A stretch of DNA of 57,991 nt from positions 1-57,991 of the forward strand of contig NW_021833587.1 of assembly GCF_006345805.1 (NCBI RefSeq), given 5' to 3'. Below the pieces are notes generated by a model. The model worked only from the letters and a program-made list of their open reading frames with translations, searched no databases and was not told where the DNA came from. This stretch comes from Octopus sinensis (lineage: Eukaryota). Each line of letters starts with the position of its first letter. Position 1 is the first letter of the stretch. The position numbers and the translations under genes were made by a program. Of the stretch, positions 12,484-23,883 are shown piece after piece.

Positions 12484-12926
12484 AGACGCCGAGTTGGCAG
12501 AATCGTTAGCACGCCGGGCAAAATGATTAGCGGCATTTCATCTGTCTTTAAGTTCTGAGCTCAAATTTCACCGAGGTCGACTTTGCCTTTCATCCTATCG
12601 GGATCGATGAAATAAGCACCAGTTGAATACTTGGGTCTATGTAACCGACTAACCCTCCTCTTCCAAATGTCAGGTCTTGTGCCTATTATACAAAGGATTA
12701 GCGAGCTGGCAGACTTGTTAGCACGCCGGGACAAAATACTTAGTAGCATTTCGTCTGTTTTTACGTTCTGAGTTCAAATCCCGCCGAGGTCGACTTTGCA
12801 TTTTTATCCTTTCGAGGTCGATAAATTAAGTACCAGTGGTGTACTGGGGTCGATGGAATCGACTTAATCCCTCCCCCAAAATTTCCGGTGTTGTGCCTAT
12901 AGTAGGAAGGATTACTATTATTATTG
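12484..12926 (+). mobile_element. Two head-to-tail SINE A2 copies
   Basis: Heads start at about 12484 and 12701; both have A2 tails. Confidence 0.88.
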
Positions 12927-13408
12927 AAGTTGTTGTTAGTGAATTTCCTGTTTCAGGTTTTTTTTACGTTGTTGTTGTTGTTGCTGTTATTATTGCTGTC
13001 CCCGCATTATTGCTGCAGCTATTCTAATTGTTGTAATTATTGTTGTTGTTATTCATTATTCTTCATCTTTCTTCTTCGCCTCCTCTTGTTTCTTTTTTTT
13101 TTTTTTGCTGTTATTTTCTTCATCGTCATTTTTTGGCTATCTTTAATTCTGTTGTTGTTGCTTTTGTTGTTGTCGTCATCGTCGTCGTCATCGTGGTTCT
13201 TGTTGTTCCTCTTCATGTTCTTTTTATTCAAACCCCCTTTTCTCACTCAACCCACATCATCATAAACAAATACAATTCTGAGAAAATATCTTCTCGCCAA
13301 ATTGATATCATTTTGCCGAATAACAAAAGTAAAAATGAGAAACGACAAATTATTATATCAGATATAATAATACTAACAACAACAATAATAATAATAATAC
13401 TAATATTG

Positions 13409-13462
<54 letters not shown>

Positions 13463-14223
13463 CCAACAACAGCAACAACAACCACAACAGCAGTGATTTC
13501 AATATGCAGACGACAGCCATTACACAAACGCTATTGACATGACTTTTCATCATTTGACTGTTTATTCAGTGATGCTGGCAATGTCGAGTGTTGTTTGCTA
13601 CAAGTATCTTATGATTGGTGCCGTTAGTTGAGTGATAAAACCAATGGAAGAAAAAGATAAAAGTGAATGTTTTGTTTGAGCCGAGTATAAGAGTTAAGGA
13701 AAGAAAAAAACAAACTATTTAATGGAGTAGGGCGGTGGGAAGGTGTAAGTTACATCAGAGCGAGATTTTGCGAGAAAAACTGACGGAAAGTTTGAGATAA
13801 TAAAGTGATAGATTGGTTAGGTAGGAAGAAAGAGAAAATAAAAACGCAAACACACATACACACTTACAAGCACACACACACGTACATTACCCCATACACG
13901 CACACACGTATGCAAGCGTACCCATATGTATAAAACCACGAGAATCGTAGCACAAACGACAAGATAAAATACAATAAAAGTTATAGTTATTAGTTTCATG
14001 CTTCGACTGATAGAAATGGAAATGTGTAACATTTCGGGTGTTCGCCTTTTATCAAAAGAAAGGACGGAAGAATAGAGAAAGAAAAAAAAAAACAGCGAAT
14101 ATGAAAACGGGGGAAAAAAACTTGTAAGGAAAAAAAATCCACAACAGGATGGCGATCCAGCATTCACCAGTTCCATCCACATACAAGGAGTTGCTTCATC
14201 GACGGATCATAAGCTTAGATCAG

Positions 14224-14571
14224 ACTGAGTTCAAATTCCACCGAGGTCGACTTTGCCTTTCATCCTTTCGGGGTCGATAAATTAAGTACCAGTTACGCAC
14301 TGGGGCCGATATAATCGACTTAATCCGTTTGTCTATCCTTGTTTGTCTCCTGTGTGTTTAGCCCCTTGTGGGTAGTAAAGAAATAGATATTTCGTCTGCC
14401 GTTACGTTCTGAGTTCAAATTCCGCCGAGGTCGACTTTGCCTTTCATCCTTTCGGGGTCGATAAATTAAGTACCAGTTACGCACTGGGGTCGATATAATC
14501 GACTTTATCCGTTTGTCTGTCCTTGTTTGTCTCCTGTGTGTTTAGCCCCTTGTGGACAGTAAAGAAATAGA
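14224..14571 (+). mobile_element. Headless SINE A1 dimer
   Basis: Two units of about 180 bp joined at AAAGAAATAG|ATATTTCGTCTGCC. Confidence 0.9.
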
Positions 14572-14614
14572 TTATACTGGACAAATACTTCTGGTTTGTA
14601 GTCATGTATGTATG

Positions 14615-14876
14615 CTGTGGCGGACTGACCAGGTTGCCAGCTTGCCCGATGGCAAGTGGGCCCCTGCGCCATTAGAATCCATATATGGAGGCCCATGTTA
14701 GTATCTAAGGGGCCCATCCCCTCAAGTTTGATAATTTTTTATTCACTCCTGGAAGAATGCATTAATTATTTCAGCCTGGCTGTGTTTGTAGACAGATTGG
14801 GTGGGCTCCCTTGTAGTTGCATTTGGGCCCCCTTAGTCTCCTAGCAACCAATATTTTTAGACCCCGTCCGCCACTG
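14615..14876. mobile_element. hAT-like MITE
   Basis: TIRs C(T)GTGGCGGAC / GTCCGCCACTG. The 8-bp flanks TATGTATG and TACGCATG match at 6/8, consistent with a decayed 8-bp TSD. Confidence 0.7.
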
Positions 14877-15360
14877 TACGCATGCATATGTGTATGTATA
14901 CATGTATGTATGTATGTATGTATCTATGTATGTCTGCATGTGTTTTATATTTTTATGTATACATACAAGTATGTATGTATGGATGTATGTATGCATGTAT
15001 GTATGCATGTATGTATGTATGTATGTATGTATGTATGTATGTATGTATGTATGTATGTATACATGTGTGTATGTATACATGTATATATGTATGTATGGAT
15101 GTAAGTTACAGGTATGTATGCATGCGTGCATGTATGAACGTACGTAACACGTATGTATGTTTACATATACGTTTTATATATGTCTGTATGTAGGTATGCA
15201 TACATGTATGTTTGTATGGATGTGTGTAAGTATGCATGTACATATGTATGTATGTGTGCATGTATGCACGTCCGTACATATGTATGCATGTATGTATGCG
15301 TGTTTGTTTTATATATTTATGTATGCATCAATGTATGTGTGTGAGTGTGCATGCGTATGG
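14877..15360. repeat. (TATG)n microsatellite
   Basis: Directly visible. Confidence 0.95.
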
Positions 15361-15601
15361 TAAATAACAAGCGCACATCTACTTAACATGGTACGTCTTA
15401 ATTCATCTAATTACACAGATGCTTAATGAATACTTTGAACTAAGGATCTTTACCTTTTGACCGACAGATTTAAAAAATAATTTTTGTTACTAAACACTTT
15501 CAAATTTCGGACACTGGTAGAATGTGTCATATAAAACATGTTTTATTCTTAGCCTTTTTGAGAAAAACTTATATTTACGGAGTTATTTCACGAAGTAATT
15601 A

Positions 15602-15644
<43 letters not shown>

Positions 15645-15649
<5 letters not shown>

Positions 15650-15747
15650 TCACTGCCTGGAATCGAACTCAGAATCTTGAGGTTAGAAGCCCGCGCTCTT
15701 AATCACTACGCCCTATGCCCATGGGCTTTGTCAAGGCAGTGACTTGA
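15645..15747. mobile_element. Palindromic tRNA-derived element between (TTA)n and (TAA)n
   Basis: Terminal inverted repeats TCAGGTCACTGCCT / AGGCAGTGACTTGA and central palindrome GCCCATGGGC. The minus strand carries A-box-like GGCGTAGTGATT and B-box GAGTTCGATTCC. Confidence 0.75.
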
Positions 15748-15794
15748 ATAATAATAATAATAATAATATAATAATAATAATAATAATAATAATA

Positions 15795-16341
15795 TGCAGT
15801 ACCAGGCAGTGGCTCTCATGGCTTCTGATCTTAACTGATTGCAAGTGTTATCATGTACATTGTTTTGTCTTGGTATAAAAGATTGTCTACAGCAAATATT
15901 CTGCTCAATACCACAGATTTGCTTGTCAGTTGTTTGACCGTAACCAGTTGAGCATGTCCCTTAGTGGCTGACGATATGTGCATCTCTGATCACGAGCAGA
16001 AGTAGTGGGGGAGCATCATAGCCATGTGTTGAGAGGGATTCTTTGGGGTTTGAATAATTCACCTTTGGAAACAGGGGTGTTTCGTTCAACATCCTTAAAC
16101 AACCCTTATTCAGGGACCTTTTGAGCGGGATGGGCTACTCGACCAGAACAAAATTCTAACTGGGCCCCACCTGCAAGGTCATGTGCTGTTTATCTTGATA
16201 TGAGATCACCATGTCGCGCAGATATGGTTGTGGTGCATGTGCCTAGTGTACCCTTATCAGACAGGTAGTCATGATGGATATACTGGGCTTCGTATATTTT
16301 ACCCCAGTGTCATTTTGATGGCATGCACTGCTCTCTCACTC
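15795..16341 (+). mobile_element. Non-coding element X (about 550 bp) flanked by (TAA)n on both sides
   Basis: Other copies at 10440-10612 (-) and 51045-51762 (+); the 15795 and 51045 copies end ..GCTCTCTCACTC followed by an AAT/AAC tract. Confidence 0.75.
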
Positions 16342-16381
<40 letters not shown>

Positions 16382-16515
16382 TCGAAAAATACCTCAGGAA
16401 TGAGAACCCAGGTTCGAAATTTCCCCAAGACACTTGTTAACAACAAACAAGATGACAAATATCCGTCAAATGTAAATAATGTACATAATTCCTCATCTCT
16501 TAAATACGGAACTGT
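16382..16515 (+). mobile_element. Penelope-like terminal fragment (family P2) lacking the hammerhead core
   Basis: GAGAACCCAGGTTCGAAATTTCCCCAAGACAC is identical to the minus strand of 17421-17452, but it continues directly into TTGTTAAC. Confidence 0.6.
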
Positions 16516-16624
16516 ATTATCAATGAAGTGTCGTATTCCTGTGCGCAGTGGAACAGTTTGTATCGTGGCTTCACAACTTACATGTCTAATTTGTCATGGA
16601 AATGTTGCACAGGGGTATATCGCG

Positions 16625-16810
16625 TCGGACAAAACGTGTAGCGGCGTTTCTTTGCGTTCTGAGTTCAAATTGCGTTGGGGCCGACTTTGGCTTTCATCTC
16701 TTCGAGGTCGATAATATAATTACCAGATGAACACTAGGGTCAATGTAATTGACAGGCCCCTTCCCCACAAAATTTCGATCCTTGCAGAAAGAATTTCGGG
16801 CCTTGCGTTG
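16625..16810 (+). mobile_element. SINE A2, 5'-truncated and diverged
   Basis: Body homology to family A. Confidence 0.75.
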
Positions 16811-16903
16811 CTGATGAAGTTAGGCAGTAGAAAATTGTGGAGTCTTGCCAGACACCATAATCCGAATTTGAACTCAGATTTAGTACTCTCAATATCTAAT
16901 AGT

Positions 16904-17224
16904 GAAGGCGCGTGGCTTAGTGGTTAGGGCGTTGGACTCACGATCGTAAGAGTGTGGTTTCGATCCTGGACCGGGCAATGCATGGTTTTCATGAGCAAAA
17001 GACTTCACTTCACGTTGCTCCTGTACACTCAGCTGTAGCAATGAGTACCACTAGTGGAGATGCGTCGGTTAGGGTGTTGGATACACGACTGTATCGATCC
17101 ATGGACCCGGTTTCGATCCATGGACCCGGTTTCGATCCATGGACCTGGTGATCCGTTGTGTTCTTGAACAAAACACTTCATTTCACATTTCCTTAGTCCA
17201 CTCAGCTGTAGAAATGAGTTTAGC
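16904..17224 (+). mobile_element. tRNA-derived SINE family C, head duplicated with internal 19-bp tandem repeat
   Basis: Head GAAGGCGCGTGGCTTAGTGGTTAGG..GGTTTCGATCC; (GGTTTCGATCCATGGACCC) occurs about 3 times at about 17090-17147. Confidence 0.85.
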
Positions 17225-17380
17225 CTGGAGAGAGATGAGCTTCACCAGGCTTTCTCGCCTTAGATACGTTGCATGACTGCAGCGCCCCAACGACCCCCAA
17301 GGGGTTAAGGGACTTGTCGATTGTCAGTATCTAATTTGAGTCTCACTGTAGTTTCTCAGCCTGCCACAAATAACAGCCAA

Positions 17381-17425
17381 GCACCACATTTCGGCTGATA
17401 TACCCTCCAGCCTTCATCAGGTGTC
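17381..17425 (-). ncRNA. Minimal type I hammerhead ribozyme motif in a family P2 copy
   Basis: Minus strand: GACAC-CTGATGA-A-GGCTG-gagggtatat-CAGCC-GAAA-TGT-G|GTGC. The core and 5-bp stem II are intact, but position 17 is G. Confidence 0.7.
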
Positions 17426-17819
17426 TTGGGGAAATTTCGAACCTGGGTTCTCAGTCCTAAGGTTTTTTCGTTGTTGTTGTTGTTGTTGTTGATTAGAATT
17501 GTGCTGAAATGACATACAGGACATCTGTTATTTTTCATAATTTTCCTGTTTCAATCGTTAGATTGCTCCCATGCTGGGGATCTTACCTAGGGCTAAACAG
17601 GTATGAAACATGTAACGACCATTGGAGTGGTGGCCAGAAGGGAGGGGTGTATGTGTCAGAAAATATAGACTTCTTCGAATTGACTCATGTATTTATTTTT
17701 TAAAGTCTGATATCTATTCTATCGGCCTAATTTGTCGAACTGCTAAGTTACGGGGACGTAAACACACTAACTCAGGTTATCAACGGTGATGGCGGACAGA
17801 CACAAACACGTGCACGTCA

Positions 17820-18015
17820 TATAGGATATATATATATATAGATACTATATATAGATATATATAGATATATATATATAGAGGAATATTATATATAGCCTTA
17901 TATTTATATGATATGGTATATATATAGATATATATATAGTATATATTATATATAGGTAGATATATATTATATATATATATATATACGATATTATATATGA
18001 TATAATCTGTATATA

Positions 18016-18060
<45 letters not shown>

Positions 18061-18080
18061 TGTAGTATATATATATATAT

Positions 18081-18123
<43 letters not shown>

Positions 18124-18307
18124 ATATATATATAATATACACACACACATAAATATCTATATATATATATTAGTATATATATATATATATATAATATATA
18201 TATATACACAACACATAATATATATATATATATATGTATATATATTATATTATATATATATAATATACATACCACACAATAAATATATATATATTTATGT
18301 GTATATG

Positions 18308-18341
<34 letters not shown>

Positions 18342-18362
18342 TAAATATATATATATTATGTG

Positions 18363-18402
<40 letters not shown>

Positions 18403-18488
18403 CATAAATATATATATATTTATGTGTATATATATATATGTATATATATATATACATATAAATGTATATAATATATATACACATAAAT

Positions 18489-18524
<36 letters not shown>

Positions 18525-18556
18525 ACACATAAATATATATATATATATATATACAC

Positions 18557-18595
<39 letters not shown>

Positions 18596-18607
18596 AATAA
18601 TATATAT

Positions 18608-18639
<32 letters not shown>

Positions 18640-18740
18640 AAGAAGTGAAAGGAGTACAGAGAACCTGCCGTGAGGAGTAGTTTCCTTGATTATATATACA
18701 TACACATATATACATACACATACATGCATACATACATACA
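17820..18740. repeat. Long (TA)n-rich microsatellite field
   Basis: Directly visible. Confidence 0.95.
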
Positions 18741-18924
18741 CAAATACATACAACGGGCTTATCTACCAAATTCATTTACAAGGCGTTGGTTGATGCGAGG
18801 TTATAGCAGAAGACTCTTGCCCATGGTGCTACACAGTATGTCCCGTGAGTTCACAATCATCAAGGAAAGTTCACCGCAAGGCAAGTTTACCGAGAGATAA
18901 GTTGACAGTAAAATAACAAAAGAA

Positions 18925-19210
18925 AAAACTTTGCTTCAGGTGAACTTTCTTCTCCACGGTGAATTAATGGCGGCGAACTTACCTGTAATCGCCATACAAT
19001 ATGACGGAAGCCGAAACCAACTGATCAGGAGTCAAACTTCTTGCTACACAGCCATTCTTCTCTGTATAATAGCCACATCTGGAACCTTTCTGATCACGGG
19101 TCTGCTGAATTAGGTCTTACCTAGGGCTAAACATGAAATGGCCATTGGAGAGATGGCCAAAAGTGAGAGGTGTATGTGTCAGAAAATATCGACTTCTTCG
19201 ATTGATACGG
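18925..19210 (+). pseudogene. Possible decayed LINE AP-endonuclease fragment
   Basis: LQVN...EL.A.N..VIAIQ resembles an APE N-terminus. 19110-19205 is repeated at 17577-17685, where it reads YETCNDHWSGGQKGGVYVSENIDF, like R.DR.G..GGV..Y. Confidence 0.35.
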
Positions 19211-19409
19211 GATATAATGACAGATGTTAGTAGCTGATGGTAAAATGAACACCATTATATAACTGGTACATTTTGGCGGTGGATCCAGGCTATCATGGGC
19301 AGGGTTTTAGCTCAGAAAATAAAGGAGTTGGAGGGGAGTTACAGAGACGCACAGACAGACAGCAACAGATGATACATATGTTTGTTGTATGGGAGTGTGC
19401 GGTGCGGGT

Positions 19410-19417
19410 GTATGTTG

Positions 19418-19473
<56 letters not shown>

Positions 19474-19926
19474 ATATATACAGTATATGTATATATATAT
19501 ATACACGTATATGTATATATATAATATACACGTATATGTATATATATATATATACACGTATAGGTATATATATATATATATCGTATATGTATATATATAT
19601 ATATATACCGATATGTATTATATATTATATATATATACACGTATATATATATATATACACGTATATGTATAATATATATATATACATATACACGTATATG
19701 TTATATATATATACACGTATATGTATATATATATATATATTATATACACATACGTTTATGTATATATATATATATAATATAATACACACACACACAACAA
19801 TATATATTATATAATATACACACACACACCACACACACAAAATATATTATATATATATATAACATACACACACACACACACCACCACACACACACCACAT
19901 ATATATATATATATTATACACACACA

Positions 19927-19990
<64 letters not shown>

Positions 19991-20015
19991 ATATATATAC
20001 ATACACACACACACA

Positions 20016-20068
<53 letters not shown>

Positions 20069-20210
20069 AGTTTCTGAATGTGTGTATTTGTATTTAAGTA
20101 TACGCTTGTGTGTGTGCATATTTGCATTTGTATGAGTGTGTGAATGTGTGTGTGTGTGTGTGTGTGGCTATATGTGTTTTCTGTGTATGTGTGCCTCTGT
20201 GTGTGTGTAA
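19410..20210. repeat. (TA)n/(CA)n/(TG)n microsatellite field
   Basis: Directly visible. Confidence 0.95.
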
Positions 20211-20439
20211 GAAATCGGGCAAAATCTCGTTGCTAAGGAAGTGAACCGAAAACTAATAAAGACAAATAAATAAGCTGACCACCCTTCCTTACCCACCCTT
20301 CCTTACCCACCCGCTCTTCTTTGCTTCCCCACCCCCTGGCACTACCACCACTCTCCCCTCAGCCGCCCACACCGTCTCCCTCCTATCAAATGGTCAGATT
20401 TTGTCCACTTTGAAGATTGGCACAAAATCAAGCGATACC

Positions 20440-20779
20440 TATCCACCCACCATCAACACCACCAACAACAACACTAATACCACCATCACCATCACCACAT
20501 CCAACACCACTGTCAACACGACTACTGCCATCAACAACACCAACAAACCACCTCCACCACCACTACCACTATCACTACCACTACTGCCATATACTACCAC
20601 CATATCACCACCTCCGCCACCGCCACCATCTCCACCTGCAGCATCACTACCACCTCCGAAACCCCCCACCCCTCCAACACCACCACAACCTGCAAACACC
20701 ATCGCCACTTCCAACACCACCATCACCAACATCAATTCCATCTTCACCCCCACAAAGACTCTAACACCAACACCTATCC

Positions 20780-20814
<35 letters not shown>

Positions 20815-20820
20815 CCACTA
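20440..20820. repeat. Degenerate (CAC/CAT/AAC)n low-complexity tract
   Basis: Directly visible. Confidence 0.9.
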
Positions 20821-21553
20821 TCGACAACAGTGACAGATGGAGTCCCTACGTGGTCGCTCGATGTGCTAGAATTAGCAGCGAAATCTCCCTCAAATCACAT
20901 TTTACAGTCTTAAAAATGTCAACTGAATGTATTCTTGGTTTCTGTATTCATAGGGTAACGACGGGATGGTCACGGTTGTAATGCCTTTGATAATAGGTCA
21001 GTCCAATCAGTTGTCCCAGGGCTAAACAACAACAACAACAGACACTATCACACGTTTGTTCCATTATCATTCTCCTGGCTTGATGACTCCCGCCACTGTT
21101 ATCACCACCAGGTATCGCCATCATCGCAACCACCAGCACAGCCTCCGTCTTTTAACCATCATGGCCGCTATCACGACATCACCGTGATCGCCACCGATGC
21201 CGCCACCACCATGATCGCCAACACTGCGACCATCATGCCTCTTGCTCTCGAAGCCCATTCACCACCACCACCACCACAACCACCACCACCACCCTAAAAC
21301 TATCAATTAATCACCATCACCTTCATCACCATCATCATCATCATCGCTATCATCACATTTCTCCCGACCACCTTCACCACCACCTTCACCTCTCTCACCA
21401 CCACCAGTGCCATAACCATCAATTAGAAGAAAAAATGGACGACAACGACGACGATGATGATGATGATGATGATGGACGAAGAAGAAGAGGGGAAGGAAGG
21501 AAGATGAACTAAAACAAAAATAAACAACAGCGACGACAGCGATGACGACGACG

Positions 21554-21589
<36 letters not shown>

Positions 21590-21737
21590 GCAACAGCAAC
21601 ATCAAGTCATTTATTTAATAAAGTGCAAACGACAAGTCCATCAGTCCATAAATATGTCGACATTCATCCATTTTGTCTGCTACTGCCGACAGCCACCGCC
21701 ATCTGCCGGTAAAAAAAAAAGACGTTCAGATGATAAA

Positions 21738-21880
21738 GCGGAAGTGTAAAAAGAGAGAAGAAGAAAAAAAAATGGCGGCTTGTGGGTTTGGGTTGGGTTT
21801 GGGACGCTCGCGATTGCTTTCACTTGTGTTGTTTTAACTGCAGGAACAATACAAACAATCAAATCTACACAGATTGGCCA
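21738..21880 (+). promoter_or_regulatory. Candidate core-promoter-like motif set
   Basis: GCGGAAGTG (ETS-like, 21738), AAAATGGCGG (YY1-like, 21769), an acceptor-like TTGTTTTAACTGCAG (ends 21843) and GATTGG (21872). Confidence 0.3.
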
Positions 21881-23158
21881 TCTTGCTAACTTTTCTATCA
21901 ATCTTCTATTTATTTCAATCTTTTTTCTTTCTTCCTCATTCACTTATTTATCTCGTTACTTATTTACACTTATTTCATTCAGACATTTTTCTCTTTCAGT
22001 CATTGTTGGTTTTTCACGCTTATTCGGTTTTCATTCTTTTCTTCTTTCTTTTTTTTTTTTTGTTGTTTTCAATCTTTCGTTCGCTGCTTGTTTCTTCTGG
22101 GGGCCTTTTTCTTTTCTGTTTGTTTGTTTTGCTTCTTTTTTTTTATTCTTTCTAATTTTTCATCTCATCTTTGCTTTTCTATCTTTTCTTTTTTTGTTAC
22201 AGATTCTTTTGTTTTCATCATTTACATCTTTCTTTTTTGTCGAGGTTGTGAAGGTGTCGAGATAATCTCCAACTAAATAAGTCCGTCAAACACAGTTTCG
22301 AGTTCCTGTTAGACAGATCTCATTCTCGTAACATTAATATTATTTGGGAAAAGCATGGGCAACACAGCACTCCTTTAAATTTCAAGAGCATTTTCTTATC
22401 CTAAATAATCAAATGACGCATGTTCCAAAACCTCTCTTCTCCACAAACCTCAAGAATCTACAAAACCATAAATAAAATATAAATCTAGAAATTTTATTGA
22501 ATTTGACATTATAGATTGAGATTAATTATTGTGACATCATTATCCGAGTATTGTGATTCTCATTCAAGGTTAGACTTCAAACTGCATCCAGTTGTAAAGT
22601 CCTGTTCTGGAGTTCCATGGTCCTGAGTTGTGAGGAACCATCTCTTAGCTGGTATTGTTTGCATGTCTACTCAGATCCAGAATAGTAGTAGTCATCAGGG
22701 TCCTAGTTTGGGGTTAATTAACACATTAGGGCTTGCGTATCTATGCATGTGAAGACTGGATTCGGCGGATTCTGAGGAAGAAACTTTCGTGATTCAGCGG
22801 AGGGAAAGATGGCAGTAGCAATGCATTATGGGATGCAGAGAGCAAGATGAGGCAAGTAAGATATCTCGGTCATCCACTACATCTGTTTCTTTCCCCAATC
22901 GTCTTGACTTCGTCTTTCCACCGGAGATGGTCACAGACGAGAGAGTGGAGTTGACGGTACGCAAATTTTCTTCCCTTTAGATTAAGTCACAGCGCAAGCT
23001 GTCAGTCATCTTTAAGGATGACTGAACGGTCCTCGTCACTCCGACGGATGAACAAGATGGTGATTCAAATTACTTTGGTGACACAGCTGTTCTGGCACCA
23101 AACTTATGTGACTCCATTAACTATTGGGTTGTCCGGAAAGTCCGTGCCGATTTTTAAA

Positions 23159-23335
23159 GGCGTGGCTGAGTGGTAAGAAGCTTTCTTCCCAACCACATAG
23201 TTCTGGGTCCCGTCCCACTGCGTAGCACCTTCGGCAAATGTCTTCTAATATAGCCTCGGTCCGATGAAAGCTCTGTGAGTGGATTTGATAGAAGGAAACT
23301 GAAAGAAGCCCATCGCATATGAATATATGTATATG
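23159..23335 (+). mobile_element. SINE B 5' half between 39-bp direct repeats
   Basis: B head running to the TA tract; the repeats are at 23122-23160 and 23336-23374. Confidence 0.85.
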
Positions 23336-23337
23336 TA

Positions 23338-23883
23338 TTGGGTTGTCCGGAAAGTTCGTGCCGATTTTTAAAGGAAAGAAAAAGGTCAATAAATACTTGC
23401 CATTACATTTTTAATCAACCAAATATGAACCATTTTGTTGCACAATGCGTCTCCATCTTTCCTTTAACTTGAAAATACCCTCTTCCCAGAATTGAGGTGG
23501 TTTCTTAGCAAAGAATTCGTCAATGTATCTTTTTACGTCATCCAAGGAATTGAAATTTTTACCATTAAGACTATTCTGCAGAGACCTGAATAAGTGGAAA
23601 TCCGAAGGAGCAATATCTGGTGAATATTGAGGGTGGGGTAACACATCCCGACCGAGCTGCAGCAATTTTTGTCTGGTTCCCAAAGCATCAAGTGCCACAA
23701 ATGAACTTTCTTATCTTCCATTTTAAAGGGTTACAGAATTAACACAGGTTATAGGAACATAAACCTTCTTCCACGAAAAGATAGCTGAAACTGTGCTCTA
23801 AATGGAGGTGTAGTCAAATCTTATTTTATGGACTCAGCCATGTTCTAAAATAAGTCGGAAGGTAAACTTTCTGGACAACCCAA
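23338..23883 (-). mobile_element. Internally deleted mariner (Tc1/mariner) element with both TIRs
   Basis: TA-flanked TIRs TTGGGTTGTCC(G/A)GAAAGTT at both ends. Minus strand encodes N-terminal MEDKKVHLWHLMLWE fused out of frame to C-terminal TRQKLLQLGRDVLPHPQYSPDIAPSDFHLFRSL...W...V.QNG.Y (YSPDLAP motif). Confidence 0.92.

Noticed and set aside
22600-23120. Possible RTE fragment (LRWKDEVK on the minus strand)
   Set aside because: One short motif only, and the flanking RTE motifs could not be recovered.
23411-23698. Mariner ORF as a functional transposase
   Set aside because: Only the C-terminal part with one catalytic Asp remains, out of frame with the 15-codon N-terminus.
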